Source of the DNA: a virus
Direction: 5' to 3' (one strand)
Virus record (IMG/VR): IMGVR_UViG_3300045988_060923
DNA: 38,868 nt
Notes under the pieces: model-generated
The model's database searches: none
What the model was told of the DNA's origin: nothing
Seen by the model: the letters and a program-made list of their open reading frames with translations, nothing else
Shown here: positions 1 to 6,389 of the stretch, one piece after another
Layout of the letters: the number at the start of each line of letters is the position of its first letter
How positions within the stretch are numbered: the first letter of the stretch is position 1
Program-made: the position numbers and the translations under genes

Positions 1-2
1 AT

Positions 3-49
3 AAGCGTGCAAGAGCTTGTTTTTCACTCTTGCACGCTTTCTTTTTCTC
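3..49. terminator. Bidirectional intrinsic-terminator-like hairpin (second copy at 38752..38798)
   Basis: Perfect 13-bp stem 3-15/27-39 (AAGCGTGCAAGAG / CTCTTGCACGCTT) with an 11-nt loop. The plus strand continues TCTTTTTCTC. The minus strand continues ATTTTATTTTC across the junction. Confidence 0.6.
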
Positions 50-54
50 GCCGT

Positions 55-98
55 AAATAAAAAAGAAATCCGGCAAGAGATTTTTCTATCTCTTGTCG
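55..98 (-). terminator. Intrinsic terminator (minus strand; second copy at 38804..38847)
   Basis: Stem 71-81/88-98 (11 bp, one non-Watson-Crick position) with a 6-nt loop. On the minus strand it is followed by GATTTCTTTTTTATTT (70->55). Confidence 0.6.
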
Positions 99-104
99 AA
101 TTTC

Positions 105-133
105 ATTCTACAATTTATCCCTAAAAATTTCAA
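105..133 (-). promoter_or_regulatory. Sigma-70-type promoter facing the junction and the early genes
   Basis: Minus strand reads TTGAAA (133->128), exactly 17 nt, then TAGAAT (110->105). The predicted TSS near 98 lies immediately before the two hairpin/U-run elements. Confidence 0.45.
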
Positions 134-304
134 CCTTTTTTTCGACAAAAATTCAATATCGTTATTTTGCACAAAACAGGTGCGTGTTCTTTGTAGAATT
201 TGTTTCTTTTCTATTTCCTATCATATCCTCTTTCTTTTGTGATAGCATTCTAATAAGGCCGCCAGGTTCATGCCGGCCGTCTGAGATTCTGTAGCTGAAA
301 TATA

Positions 305-1381
305 TTAGCTAATTCTCTGCAATTCCTCCTCAAACATTTCCGCTGCAGATTTATACCCATGGATACGCCGTGGGTATTGATTTATCCAGTTTTCAACCTC
401 CTGGATGTCCTCAGCCGTTCGATCATCAAAATTCGTTCCTTTAGGGACTTTTCTCCGCACCATTTTGTTTGTGACTTCGTTTGTCCCTCTTTCCCAGCTG
501 CTATATGGATGACAGTAATACATCTTTGTTCTCTTTCCTGCTCCTATTGCGGATCTCTCCAGTTCTTCACAATAGGCAAATTCTGTCCCATTGTCTACAG
601 TTATGCTTTTGAATACCGTTTTGAATAATTCTCCCCAGCGTTTTTCCAACCGGTCCACTGCTGCCACCACTTCCTCAGCACTATGGTTATTCAATTTGAA
701 TATGATTTCCGCTCTTGTTTTTCTTTCTGTAAGTGTTAATAATGTATTTTTAGATTTTCCTCGGCACCCCAGAACGCTATCCATTTCCCAGTGGCCAAAC
801 TCCTCTCTGCTGTTTATGATCTCCGGTCTATTTTCTATGCTTTCGCCCGCCTCTGCTCTCTTTTGCTTCTTTACCTTATTATATTTTCTTTTCCTATTCT
901 TTTTTACAGGCAGATTTTTATTGGTTACTCTCAGAAAAATTCCTTTATCTATATAACTGTATACAGTGGTTGTGCATATTTTGGTCTGGAACTCGCTCCA
1001 TCGGCCTGATGCTGTCAATTCTCCTATGATTGCATCCGGACTGTAATCCTCATTTATTATTTTATTCTCAATATAATTGGCTAGCTTGATATCATTTCCT
1101 ATTTTCAGCTGTGTTCCCCTTACTTTCAGGTTTTCATCACATTTTCGTTGTGCCAGATCTGAACTATATCGCATTTCGGTGGTATAGTCGCTGTTTAAGT
1201 GTTCATATCGGCCTCGTTTAAGTTCATTGTAGATTGTACTGCGGTGTACGTGCAAAATCTCAGCAATTTCCACAACTTTATGGCCAGCATTATATAAAGC
1301 CTCCAGTCTGATTCTATCGCTGTGTTTTAATTGTCTACTTCCTTTTTGATTTGCCATACTCCTGCCTCTTTCGTAAAACAA
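305..1381 (-). CDS. IS30-family DDE transposase (probable true start ATG at 1357, MANQKG...)
   Basis: N-terminal HTH (VVEIAEILHVHRSTIYNELKRG). DDE contexts HWEMDSV, ITVDNGTEF and SWERGTNEVTN are typical of IS30 transposases. RBS AAGAGG lies 7 nt before ATG 1357. The ORF-track start 1381 lies inside the upstream terminator stem. Confidence 0.9.
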   Translation of the reverse strand: MFYERGRSMANQKGSRQLKHSDRIRLEALYNAGHKVVEIAEILHVHRSTIYNELKRGRYEHLNSDYTTEMRYSSDLAQRKCDENLKVRGTQLKIGNDIKLANYIENKIINEDYSPDAIIGELTASGRWSEFQTKICTTTVYSYIDKGIFLRVTNKNLPVKKNRKRKYNKVKKQKRAEAGESIENRPEIINSREEFGHWEMDSVLGCRGKSKNTLLTLTERKTRAEIIFKLNNHSAEEVVAAVDRLEKRWGELFKTVFKSITVDNGTEFAYCEELERSAIGAGKRTKMYYCHPYSSWERGTNEVTNKMVRRKVPKGTNFDDRTAEDIQEVENWINQYPRRIHGYKSAAEMFEEELQRIS

Positions 1382-1411
1382 CCCGCAGGCATCGGTGTCC
1401 TGCGGGTTGTT
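1372..1411 (-). terminator. Intrinsic terminator after the 1424..1618 gene
   Basis: Perfect 13-bp stem 1377-1389/1399-1411 (AACAACCCGCAGG / CCTGCGGGTTGTT) with a 9-nt loop. The minus-strand 3' side is GTTGTTTTAC. It sits 13 nt after the stop at 1424. Confidence 0.55.
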
Positions 1412-1423
1412 ATGTGCTTCTTA

Positions 1424-1618
1424 TCATTTGCCTTGTATTATTTTATCTACTATCAGCTTTTCAATGTAATGCGGACAGCTCCGCACTCCAGTCTCCCAGT
1501 TCGACAGTGTTCTATATGGTATTTCTAACCACTCTGACACCTCACGCCTACTCATTCCCTTTTGTTTGCGTGCTTCTTCAATCGTCATTTTGTCTGCTTC
1601 CTTACGCTCCATATCCAT
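1424..1618 (-). CDS. Small XRE-type helix-turn-helix protein
   Basis: MTIEEARKQKGMSRREVSEWLEIPYRTLSNWETG fits the XRE/HTH_3 pattern. 64-aa ORF, followed by a terminator. Confidence 0.7.
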   Translation of the reverse strand: MDMERKEADKMTIEEARKQKGMSRREVSEWLEIPYRTLSNWETGVRSCPHYIEKLIVDKIIQGK

Positions 1619-1883
1619 TTTCTCTCATTTCATTTATAATTGTTTCATCATATCCTTTTCCGTAGTATCTAAAAATAACGCTTTCATCTTCAAAGAAAAC
1701 CCAGTCACAATTAGTATCATTGATAATTCTTGCAACCGCTTCTTTTTTTGAAGAACCCGGCAAGAATTTTGCAATATATTCGACAGCTTCGCGCATTGAT
1801 TTGAAATTAAAGACCTCTCCGCCCTCTTCCTCTTTGCAGATTGCAATATAATCGTTTTTTGTATATCCCTTTACTGCTTTCAT
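1602..1883 (-). CDS. Hypothetical protein (93 aa, acidic)
   Basis: ORF with RBS AAGAGGTG about 7 nt upstream of the ATG. No recognisable motif. Confidence 0.6.
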   Translation of the reverse strand: MKAVKGYTKNDYIAICKEEEGGEVFNFKSMREAVEYIAKFLPGSSKKEAVARIINDTNCDWVFFEDESVIFRYYGKGYDETIINEMRENGYGA

Positions 1884-1996
1884 TCTATTACACCTCTTGC
1901 CTTTTATTTTTTTCCTGCTATAATCTAATTAAGCACTTGGGGCGGTTAGCAGGATTGTTTAGGTATCCGCCCCTCGTGTGTTCCCTTTATTCTATT

Positions 1997-2125
1997 TTAC
2001 TTTCTTACCTCTTCAAGGATTTTTTCAATATGTTCTACTGTATGTGTTTCTCCGTTTGTTCTCGCTACTTCTCTTATTGATACTAACATTGCTATCAGAT
2101 CTGCTTTACTCATTTCGTTCTCCAT
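1997..2125 (-). CDS. Hypothetical small protein (42 aa from MENEMSK...)
   Basis: RBS GGAAAGGAG lies 6 nt before ATG 2125. The longer ORF-track start (2185) lies upstream of the predicted TSS of the 2164..2192 promoter. Confidence 0.5.
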   Translation of the reverse strand: MENEMSKADLIAMLVSIREVARTNGETHTVEHIEKILEEVRK

Positions 2126-2163
2126 GTTTAACTCCTTTCCTGCTGTTCCCTTGCTACAATTAT

Positions 2164-2192
2164 ATAATACACCCATTGAGTGCATTTGTCAA
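2164..2192 (-). promoter_or_regulatory. Near-consensus sigma-70 promoter (minus strand)
   Basis: Minus strand reads TTGACA (2192->2187), 17 nt, then TATTAT (2169->2164), just downstream of the XRE-gene terminator. Confidence 0.6.
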
Positions 2193-2216
2193 TCATTTTC
2201 TACTCATTGGGTGTAT
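2167..2216. promoter_or_regulatory. 15-bp inverted repeat bracketing the -35 box (candidate operator)
   Basis: ATACACCCATTGAGT (2167-2181) and ACTCATTGGGTGTAT (2202-2216) are reverse complements at 14/15 positions, separated by 20 bp that contain the -35 hexamer. Confidence 0.4.
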
Positions 2217-2223
2217 TTTTTTA

Positions 2224-2258
2224 CAAGAAAAAAACACCGTAACATACTGTTACAGTGT
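2224..2258 (-). terminator. Intrinsic terminator of the XRE gene
   Basis: On the minus strand, ACACUGUAAC-aguau-GUUACGGUGU (10 bp including one G-U) is followed by UUUUUUUCUUG. The stop codon lies within the 5' arm. Confidence 0.7.
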
Positions 2259-2519
2259 CCCACTTTCATCAGTCAGCCATTCCATGCTCACGCCCAGTGC
2301 TTTAGAAAATATTTTCAATTCATAATCTGTTACGATTCTTGTGCCTCTTTCTATGCGACTTATTGAATCTCGTTCTATCGCAACTCCGGCCACCTGCATA
2401 CGCGCCGCTAAATCACTTTGTGTAATTCTGTTTTTTGCTCTCGCCAACCTTATGCGTTCCCCGCACAAGTTATCTTTTCCCTTGTATGCGTATATCTTCA
2501 TCCGGTACGCCCCTATCAT
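2250..2519 (-). CDS. XRE-family (cI-like) transcriptional repressor, no peptidase domain (probable start 2501)
   Basis: LCGERIRLARAKNRITQSDLAARMQVAGVAIERDSISRIERGTR is an HTH_3/XRE domain. It sits in the lysogeny-module position next to the divergent promoter region. Confidence 0.8.
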   Translation of the reverse strand: MIGAYRMKIYAYKGKDNLCGERIRLARAKNRITQSDLAARMQVAGVAIERDSISRIERGTRIVTDYELKIFSKALGVSMEWLTDESGTL

Positions 2520-2541
2520 ATGTTAATAATCAGAATTTTTC

Positions 2542-2570
2542 TTGACTTTACCACATTTCAAAAGCATAAT
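2542..2570 (+). promoter_or_regulatory. Sigma-70 promoter for the plus-strand moron
   Basis: TTGACT (2542-2547), 17 nt, then CATAAT (2565-2570). A second TATAAT at 2592-2597 is preceded by TTGTGT at 16 nt. Confidence 0.6.
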
Positions 2571-2624
2571 TGTGTTAAAGGTCAGCATGACTATAATTTT
2601 CACATTTATCTAGGAGGATGCACT

Positions 2625-3128
2625 ATGGATTTATTCACAAAAGCTGATAAGCAAAAAGAGTTCCCTGATAGTAATACCGTTCTTATACATTTGAAAAGCA
2701 ACGGAAAATTCAATGTAACTATTCACGATAACTTTCTTACGGTAGAGCCGCGTGGTTTCACTAATGCTGTTAATAAGGGACTGATCGGGCAAAAGACCTA
2801 TGATCTCAATAATGTTTCCGGTGTACAATACAAAAAACCCGGATTTACCACTGGATATTTGCAGATTGTTCTCATCGGCGGCAGAGATGCACGAAACGGC
2901 GTCTCCGGAGCTGTAAAAGATGAAAATTCCATCACTTTCTCTAAAAAAGAGGATCATCTGATTCTTGAAATAAAAGAATATATTGAAAATTATATCCATG
3001 AACGCTCCGCTGGTTCCGCTACAGCCTCTAATCTTGATGAAATACGAAAACTTAAAGAGTTGCTTGATATTGGAGCAATCACAGATGAGGAATTTGAAGC
3101 CAAAAAGGCTCAGTTGCTTAACATTTAA
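2625..3128 (+). CDS. PH-like (YokE/DUF4429-type) domain protein with C-terminal SHOCT domain
   Basis: Strong RBS TAGGAGGA lies before ATG 2625. The C-terminus IRKLKELLDIGAITDEEFEAKKAQLL is a SHOCT motif. The N-terminal beta-rich region (KTYDLNNVSGVQYKKPGFTTGYLQIVL...SITF) resembles bacterial PH domains. It is the only convincing plus-strand gene. Confidence 0.7.
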   Translation: MDLFTKADKQKEFPDSNTVLIHLKSNGKFNVTIHDNFLTVEPRGFTNAVNKGLIGQKTYDLNNVSGVQYKKPGFTTGYLQIVLIGGRDARNGVSGAVKDENSITFSKKEDHLILEIKEYIENYIHERSAGSATASNLDEIRKLKELLDIGAITDEEFEAKKAQLLNI

Positions 3129-3135
3129 AGAAATC

Positions 3136-3175
3136 ACAAAAAGCCCCGGCATTTTGCAGGGGCCTTTCTGTTTGT
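3136..3175. terminator. Bidirectional terminator between convergent genes
   Basis: GCCCCgGC-atttt-GCaGGGGC (3143-3163) is flanked by an A-run upstream and CTTTCTGTTTG downstream, so it is U-rich on both strands. Confidence 0.6.
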
Positions 3176-3188
3176 CACATGTCTGATA

Positions 3189-4952
3189 TTATTTCACATA
3201 TACATTTCCATCATAGTATGCTGCAATCCATCCAGACGGTACCAGAATCCATATATCACTGCCTACATTCTTGATAGCCTGGCACGTTACCTGAGTACCT
3301 GCATCCAGGCATCCATCATGATCTTTATCATGTCTCCGTCCGTCCAGTGTCAGCTGGCTGTAGCTCTTGGTTGGGCAGCCTGTTCCTGCTCCTGTTCTCA
3401 CTTTCAGTTCAACCTGCAGAGCGTACACTGTTCCCACTTTGTAGGTCGGCGCCTTGTTGGAGCTGTTTCCGGAATTTGATCCAGCCTGTCTGATATACGA
3501 TGAATCTACAAAACCATAAACCTTTTTAGCAATCAGGATATAATACCAATCATGGCCGCTGTTGTCCTTGATCGTATCGCAAATATCCACCAGGTTTCCT
3601 GCTCCCAGTACCGGCCAGGACTTGATGCTTGTGGAGCTGCCTGCCCAGGTCTTAACCGGAACATTGTCCTGTGTGATTTCTCCCACCCACTTCGGAGTCT
3701 TATTGATTCCTCCGGATGCTGATCCGCTGGAAGTCGTTCCGGAGTTCGTTCCAGAATTAGAACTGTTTCCTTTACCGGTTGCTTTGGATGCATAGTCAGG
3801 TATTCCGTATCCACGGATATATCTGCCGTTAATTGTGATCTTTCTTGTTCCGACCAATCCGCCGCCCATGTTGCACTCTCCTATTAGAATCTCTCTGGTG
3901 TTCTTATTGACCTCCAGAACAATTCCAACATGATCCGGCCAGCTTGTACAATCCGTTGTTGCATAATTCGTTCCATCTTTCCAATAATAGAACACGAAAT
4001 CTCCATTATCTGGGATATATGCATCATTTTCAACCCACCGGCCCATTTTCTGGAACAGCTGAATCATATATCCACAGCTGCACTCTCTTGGAATAATGTC
4101 CGTGAGTCCGGCCTTGATTCCCGCTGCAGATGCTCCTGTTGCACAGTAGTCATCTGTTGGTTGTACTTTGTACCCTCTGGCCAATGGCAGGCAGCTATTG
4201 TATAAGTTGATAATGACCATGTGTGATCTATCTGACCGTTTCAGTCCGATCCATCCTCTCATGTTGTTTGCTACCATCTGTCTCAATTCATTCTCTGTCA
4301 TTCCTGCGCTCTCCTTTTCTTCTCCTACATACTGCTTGATCCATTTCACACAGCACTGATGTCTGGACTGATACATCTTGTCTCCAACCTGGTTGTTGTT
4401 TGATGTATCCTGCTGATCCAGGATCAATGATGCATAGACGCTATCCGGCGTGTACGGTTTGGCCGCACGTCCGAAAATTCTTTTTGTCGGTTTCAGGCCT
4501 CCCAGGTGTTCAATCTCGCACCACATCATCTGAGCTGGTACAGTATTGACTCCGTATGCCACGGCCTGTTTGATGTATGTCTCCATCAGCTGTTCAAACA
4601 GCTCATCCTGGCATTTCTTTCCGCTCGGTGTCGTTATGATTGCGATCAGCGCCGCTTTCTCTGTTGCAGATGGATTCCAGCCGATTGCCTCCCAGTCCTG
4701 GCTCAGTCTGGACTCAATTCCTGCAGTGTCAGCTCCGCGAAATGCTCCCGGATCTTCTTTCAGAATCATCTGACAGAGTTTTCTGGCCTCATTGCCATAA
4801 TTCTGTGCCCAGCCCAACGTGCAGGTTTTTTCATTCGCTGAGTTTGCTCCCTTTCCGGCGTATGCTTCATATCTTCGTTTTCCATATGCCTGTCCGCCAG
4901 ACTCTACTGCTCCGATAATATTCGTCAAAATTTCAAGCTGCTTTTTGTCCAT
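3189..4952 (-). CDS. Multidomain endolysin (CHAP/NlpC-P60-like amidase-peptidase plus C-terminal SH3b-like repeats)
   Basis: 587 aa directly after the holins. Cys context DDYCATGASAAG and His context WPDHVGIVLEV resemble CHAP/NlpC-P60. C-terminal WYYILIAKKVYGFVDSSYI and DIWILVPSGWIAAYYDG resemble SH3b. A Ser/Gly/Asn linker separates them. Confidence 0.8.
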   Translation of the reverse strand: MDKKQLEILTNIIGAVESGGQAYGKRRYEAYAGKGANSANEKTCTLGWAQNYGNEARKLCQMILKEDPGAFRGADTAGIESRLSQDWEAIGWNPSATEKAALIAIITTPSGKKCQDELFEQLMETYIKQAVAYGVNTVPAQMMWCEIEHLGGLKPTKRIFGRAAKPYTPDSVYASLILDQQDTSNNNQVGDKMYQSRHQCCVKWIKQYVGEEKESAGMTENELRQMVANNMRGWIGLKRSDRSHMVIINLYNSCLPLARGYKVQPTDDYCATGASAAGIKAGLTDIIPRECSCGYMIQLFQKMGRWVENDAYIPDNGDFVFYYWKDGTNYATTDCTSWPDHVGIVLEVNKNTREILIGECNMGGGLVGTRKITINGRYIRGYGIPDYASKATGKGNSSNSGTNSGTTSSGSASGGINKTPKWVGEITQDNVPVKTWAGSSTSIKSWPVLGAGNLVDICDTIKDNSGHDWYYILIAKKVYGFVDSSYIRQAGSNSGNSSNKAPTYKVGTVYALQVELKVRTGAGTGCPTKSYSQLTLDGRRHDKDHDGCLDAGTQVTCQAIKNVGSDIWILVPSGWIAAYYDGNVYVK

Positions 4953-5003
4953 GATCTTCCTCCAATCAAAGAAAAAGGGACGGTTTCCCGTCCCCTGTTC
5001 CTG

Positions 5004-5219
5004 TTATTTTTCTGTCTCGTCCTCAATGCACGCTGCATCTGTCAGTCCCTCTCCGATGATGTACGCCACCACGGATGCTCCAGCCATAATCAGTGCTGTG
5101 ACCTGTGTTGCTGTGTTCTCAGCTCCACCTGTGGCCACAATCATCATGCTCACGAATGATGCAACTGCAGTCCATAACTTTCTACTTGTCAGTTTTCTTA
5201 CCCAGTTAATTTTCTTCAT
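5004..5219 (-). CDS. Small holin-like membrane protein
   Basis: 71 aa with two predicted TM segments. The N-terminus MKKINWVRKLTSRKLW resembles phiLC3-type holins. RBS GGAGGAA. It sits between the holin and the endolysin. Confidence 0.6.
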   Translation of the reverse strand: MKKINWVRKLTSRKLWTAVASFVSMMIVATGGAENTATQVTALIMAGASVVAYIIGEGLTDAACIEDETEK

Positions 5220-5643
5220 TTCTATGTTCCTCCTCTGATTTCTTTGTTAAAATCTCTATTGCTTTTGTGATCTGTGGCGGCATCGGAATCCCCATCAGAC
5301 CCGCATTCTCCACAATGCTGATAGCCTCATTGGATATAAATCCGATAATCACGGCGTCACGTATGTAGTTCACATGAATCAGCATATCGAACCGGTACGC
5401 CATCAGCACGATCAGCAAAATCACGGCTTTTCTGCAGAGTCCTTTGAATCCCGCCTTGCTTTCCAGTGCTCCGTTTTTCGTCTTTGTAGACTTGTGGAAC
5501 ACTCCGGCCACAATCAAGCCGGTCAGGTAGTCTATGCCGATCAGAATCATCAGCGTCTGCAATCCTGTATCCCAACCACCCAAAAGTGCTGCTATGAATC
5601 CGCCGACCATTCCAACCGTGGTGCATAACTGCTCTTTCATCAT
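5206..5643 (-). CDS. Holin, toxin-secretion/phage-lysis (TcdE / Phage_holin_4) family
   Basis: GGWDTGLQTLMILIGIDYLTGLIVAG...FISNEAISIVENAGLMGIPMP matches the family signature. RBS GGAGG lies 9 nt before ATGATG at 5643. Confidence 0.85.
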   Translation of the reverse strand: MMKEQLCTTVGMVGGFIAALLGGWDTGLQTLMILIGIDYLTGLIVAGVFHKSTKTKNGALESKAGFKGLCRKAVILLIVLMAYRFDMLIHVNYIRDAVIIGFISNEAISIVENAGLMGIPMPPQITKAIEILTKKSEEEHRNEEN

Positions 5644-5666
5644 CTTTCTACACCTCCCCTCTGCCC

Positions 5667-5837
5667 TCATACATCATCCACATCGTCCACATCAGCGTAT
5701 GGCCTGCAGTAGTATTCCGTTATATCCAGCTCGTCCTCAATCTGTTCCAGCGTCTTGCTGCTCTGTCCTCTGATATACAACCGCAAGTCCGTGATGTGCG
5801 ACCATAGCCTTGATATAATTCTCAGCTTAGTCATCAT
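5667..5837 (-). CDS. Hypothetical small protein (56 aa, below the ORF-track cutoff)
   Basis: Hand translation gives MMTKLRIISRLWSHITDLRLYIRGQSSKTLEQIEDELDITEYYCRPYADVDDVDDV*. The start overlaps the upstream stop (ATGATGA) and the ORF fills an otherwise empty gap. Confidence 0.4.
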   Translation of the reverse strand: MMTKLRIISRLWSHITDLRLYIRGQSSKTLEQIEDELDITEYYCRPYADVDDVDDV

Positions 5838-6040
5838 TCCTCTGTGATCTCTCCCATTCCGGATCTAACCAGAATATCTTTCACTTTTGTCTTTAAGAGA
5901 CGTGGAACTCTTTCATACATTTTCTTTGCGTCCTCTACTGTCTCCTGGTTCATAATTTCCTGTGCCCATAACATTGCCATCATTTCAATACCATCCTTTC
6001 CTGTACATAATAAAAATAAATTGATTAGTAACTTACGCAT
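5834..6040 (-). CDS. Hypothetical small protein (68 aa; possibly XkdX-like)
   Basis: ORF in the fibre-to-lysis gap, translationally coupled to its neighbours. The XkdX resemblance is weak and by eye only. Confidence 0.5.
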   Translation of the reverse strand: MRKLLINLFLLCTGKDGIEMMAMLWAQEIMNQETVEDAKKMYERVPRLLKTKVKDILVRSGMGEITEE

Positions 6041-6389
6041 AAACCGCCTCCGACATTTCCAGCAGGCATGATTTCAGCATCCTGATTGTTTCCTCCTGCT
6101 CCTGAACCTTTTGTTCCAGTGTCTTTTCTTTCTGTGGCTCATATTCCAGATATTTCTCCGGATTTTTCTCCACAGCTTCACGGTTTACGTTTTCCGCTTT
6201 TTCCCGGAATTGGTGGAAATCATATTCCCAGAACGTATCTGTCACAGTGATATACTGTTCTTTTTCTACCATCTGCTGATTTTCTTCTGTAACTTCCTGC
6301 CCGTTTAGGCAGATTGTCACGTCCACCATTCCGTTATCAAGCGGCTGCCAGCTGACCGCCGGCTGTTCTGTTGTGAATCTTGCTTTCAA
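6033..6389 (-). CDS. Hypothetical acidic coiled-coil protein (118 aa, TTG start)
   Basis: Strong RBS AAGGAGGG lies 6 nt before TTG at 6389. It overlaps the RT 3' end by 53 nt. It is Glu-rich and not Avd-like. Confidence 0.6.
   Translation of the reverse strand: MKARFTTEQPAVSWQPLDNGMVDVTICLNGQEVTEENQQMVEKEQYITVTDTFWEYDFHQFREKAENVNREAVEKNPEKYLEYEPQKEKTLEQKVQEQEETIRMLKSCLLEMSEAVYA

Larger units (their letters stand above)
1..119. repeat. 119-bp terminal direct repeat, left copy
   Basis: Bases 1-119 (ATAAGCGTGCAAGAGC...CAATTTATC) are identical to 38750-38868. This fits a circular genome opened arbitrarily (assembly overlap) or terminal redundancy. Confidence 0.95.

Noticed and set aside
1-119. 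The 119-bp terminal repeats as attL/attR of an integrated prophage.
   Set aside because: The window contains no host genes outside the repeats. The only recombinase is a DDE enzyme, which would make 2-3 bp duplications. The repeat looks like regulatory phage DNA rather than a tRNA or host-gene fragment. Circular overlap is more parsimonious, though this is not proven.
107-201. 9-bp inverted repeat ATTCTACAA (107-115) / TTGTAGAAT (193-201) as transposase-recognised phage ends.
   Set aside because: It is too short to be significant in about 300 bp of AT-rich sequence, and the similarity does not extend beyond 9 bp. One copy is also explained as the -10 region of the predicted minus-strand promoter.
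169-1418. Possible IS30 terminal inverted repeats GCACAAAACA (169-178) and TGTTATGTGC (1409-1418) bounding a 1250-bp element.
   Set aside because: Only 9/10 matching bases are present and there is no extension of the match. This is within chance expectation for AT-rich DNA, and no flanking target duplication is seen.
1424-1883. The 93-aa ORF plus the 64-aa HTH as a toxin-antitoxin pair (HigB/HigA-like order).
   Set aside because: The upstream protein is acidic and shows no RelE/HigB-like basic catalytic pattern. The idea rests on gene order alone.
6033-6389. The 118-aa ORF overlapping the RT 3' end as the missing Avd.
   Set aside because: It is strongly acidic (E-rich) and coiled-coil-like, whereas Avd proteins are basic four-helix bundles. 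No similarity is visible by eye. This is left as a question for profile searches.
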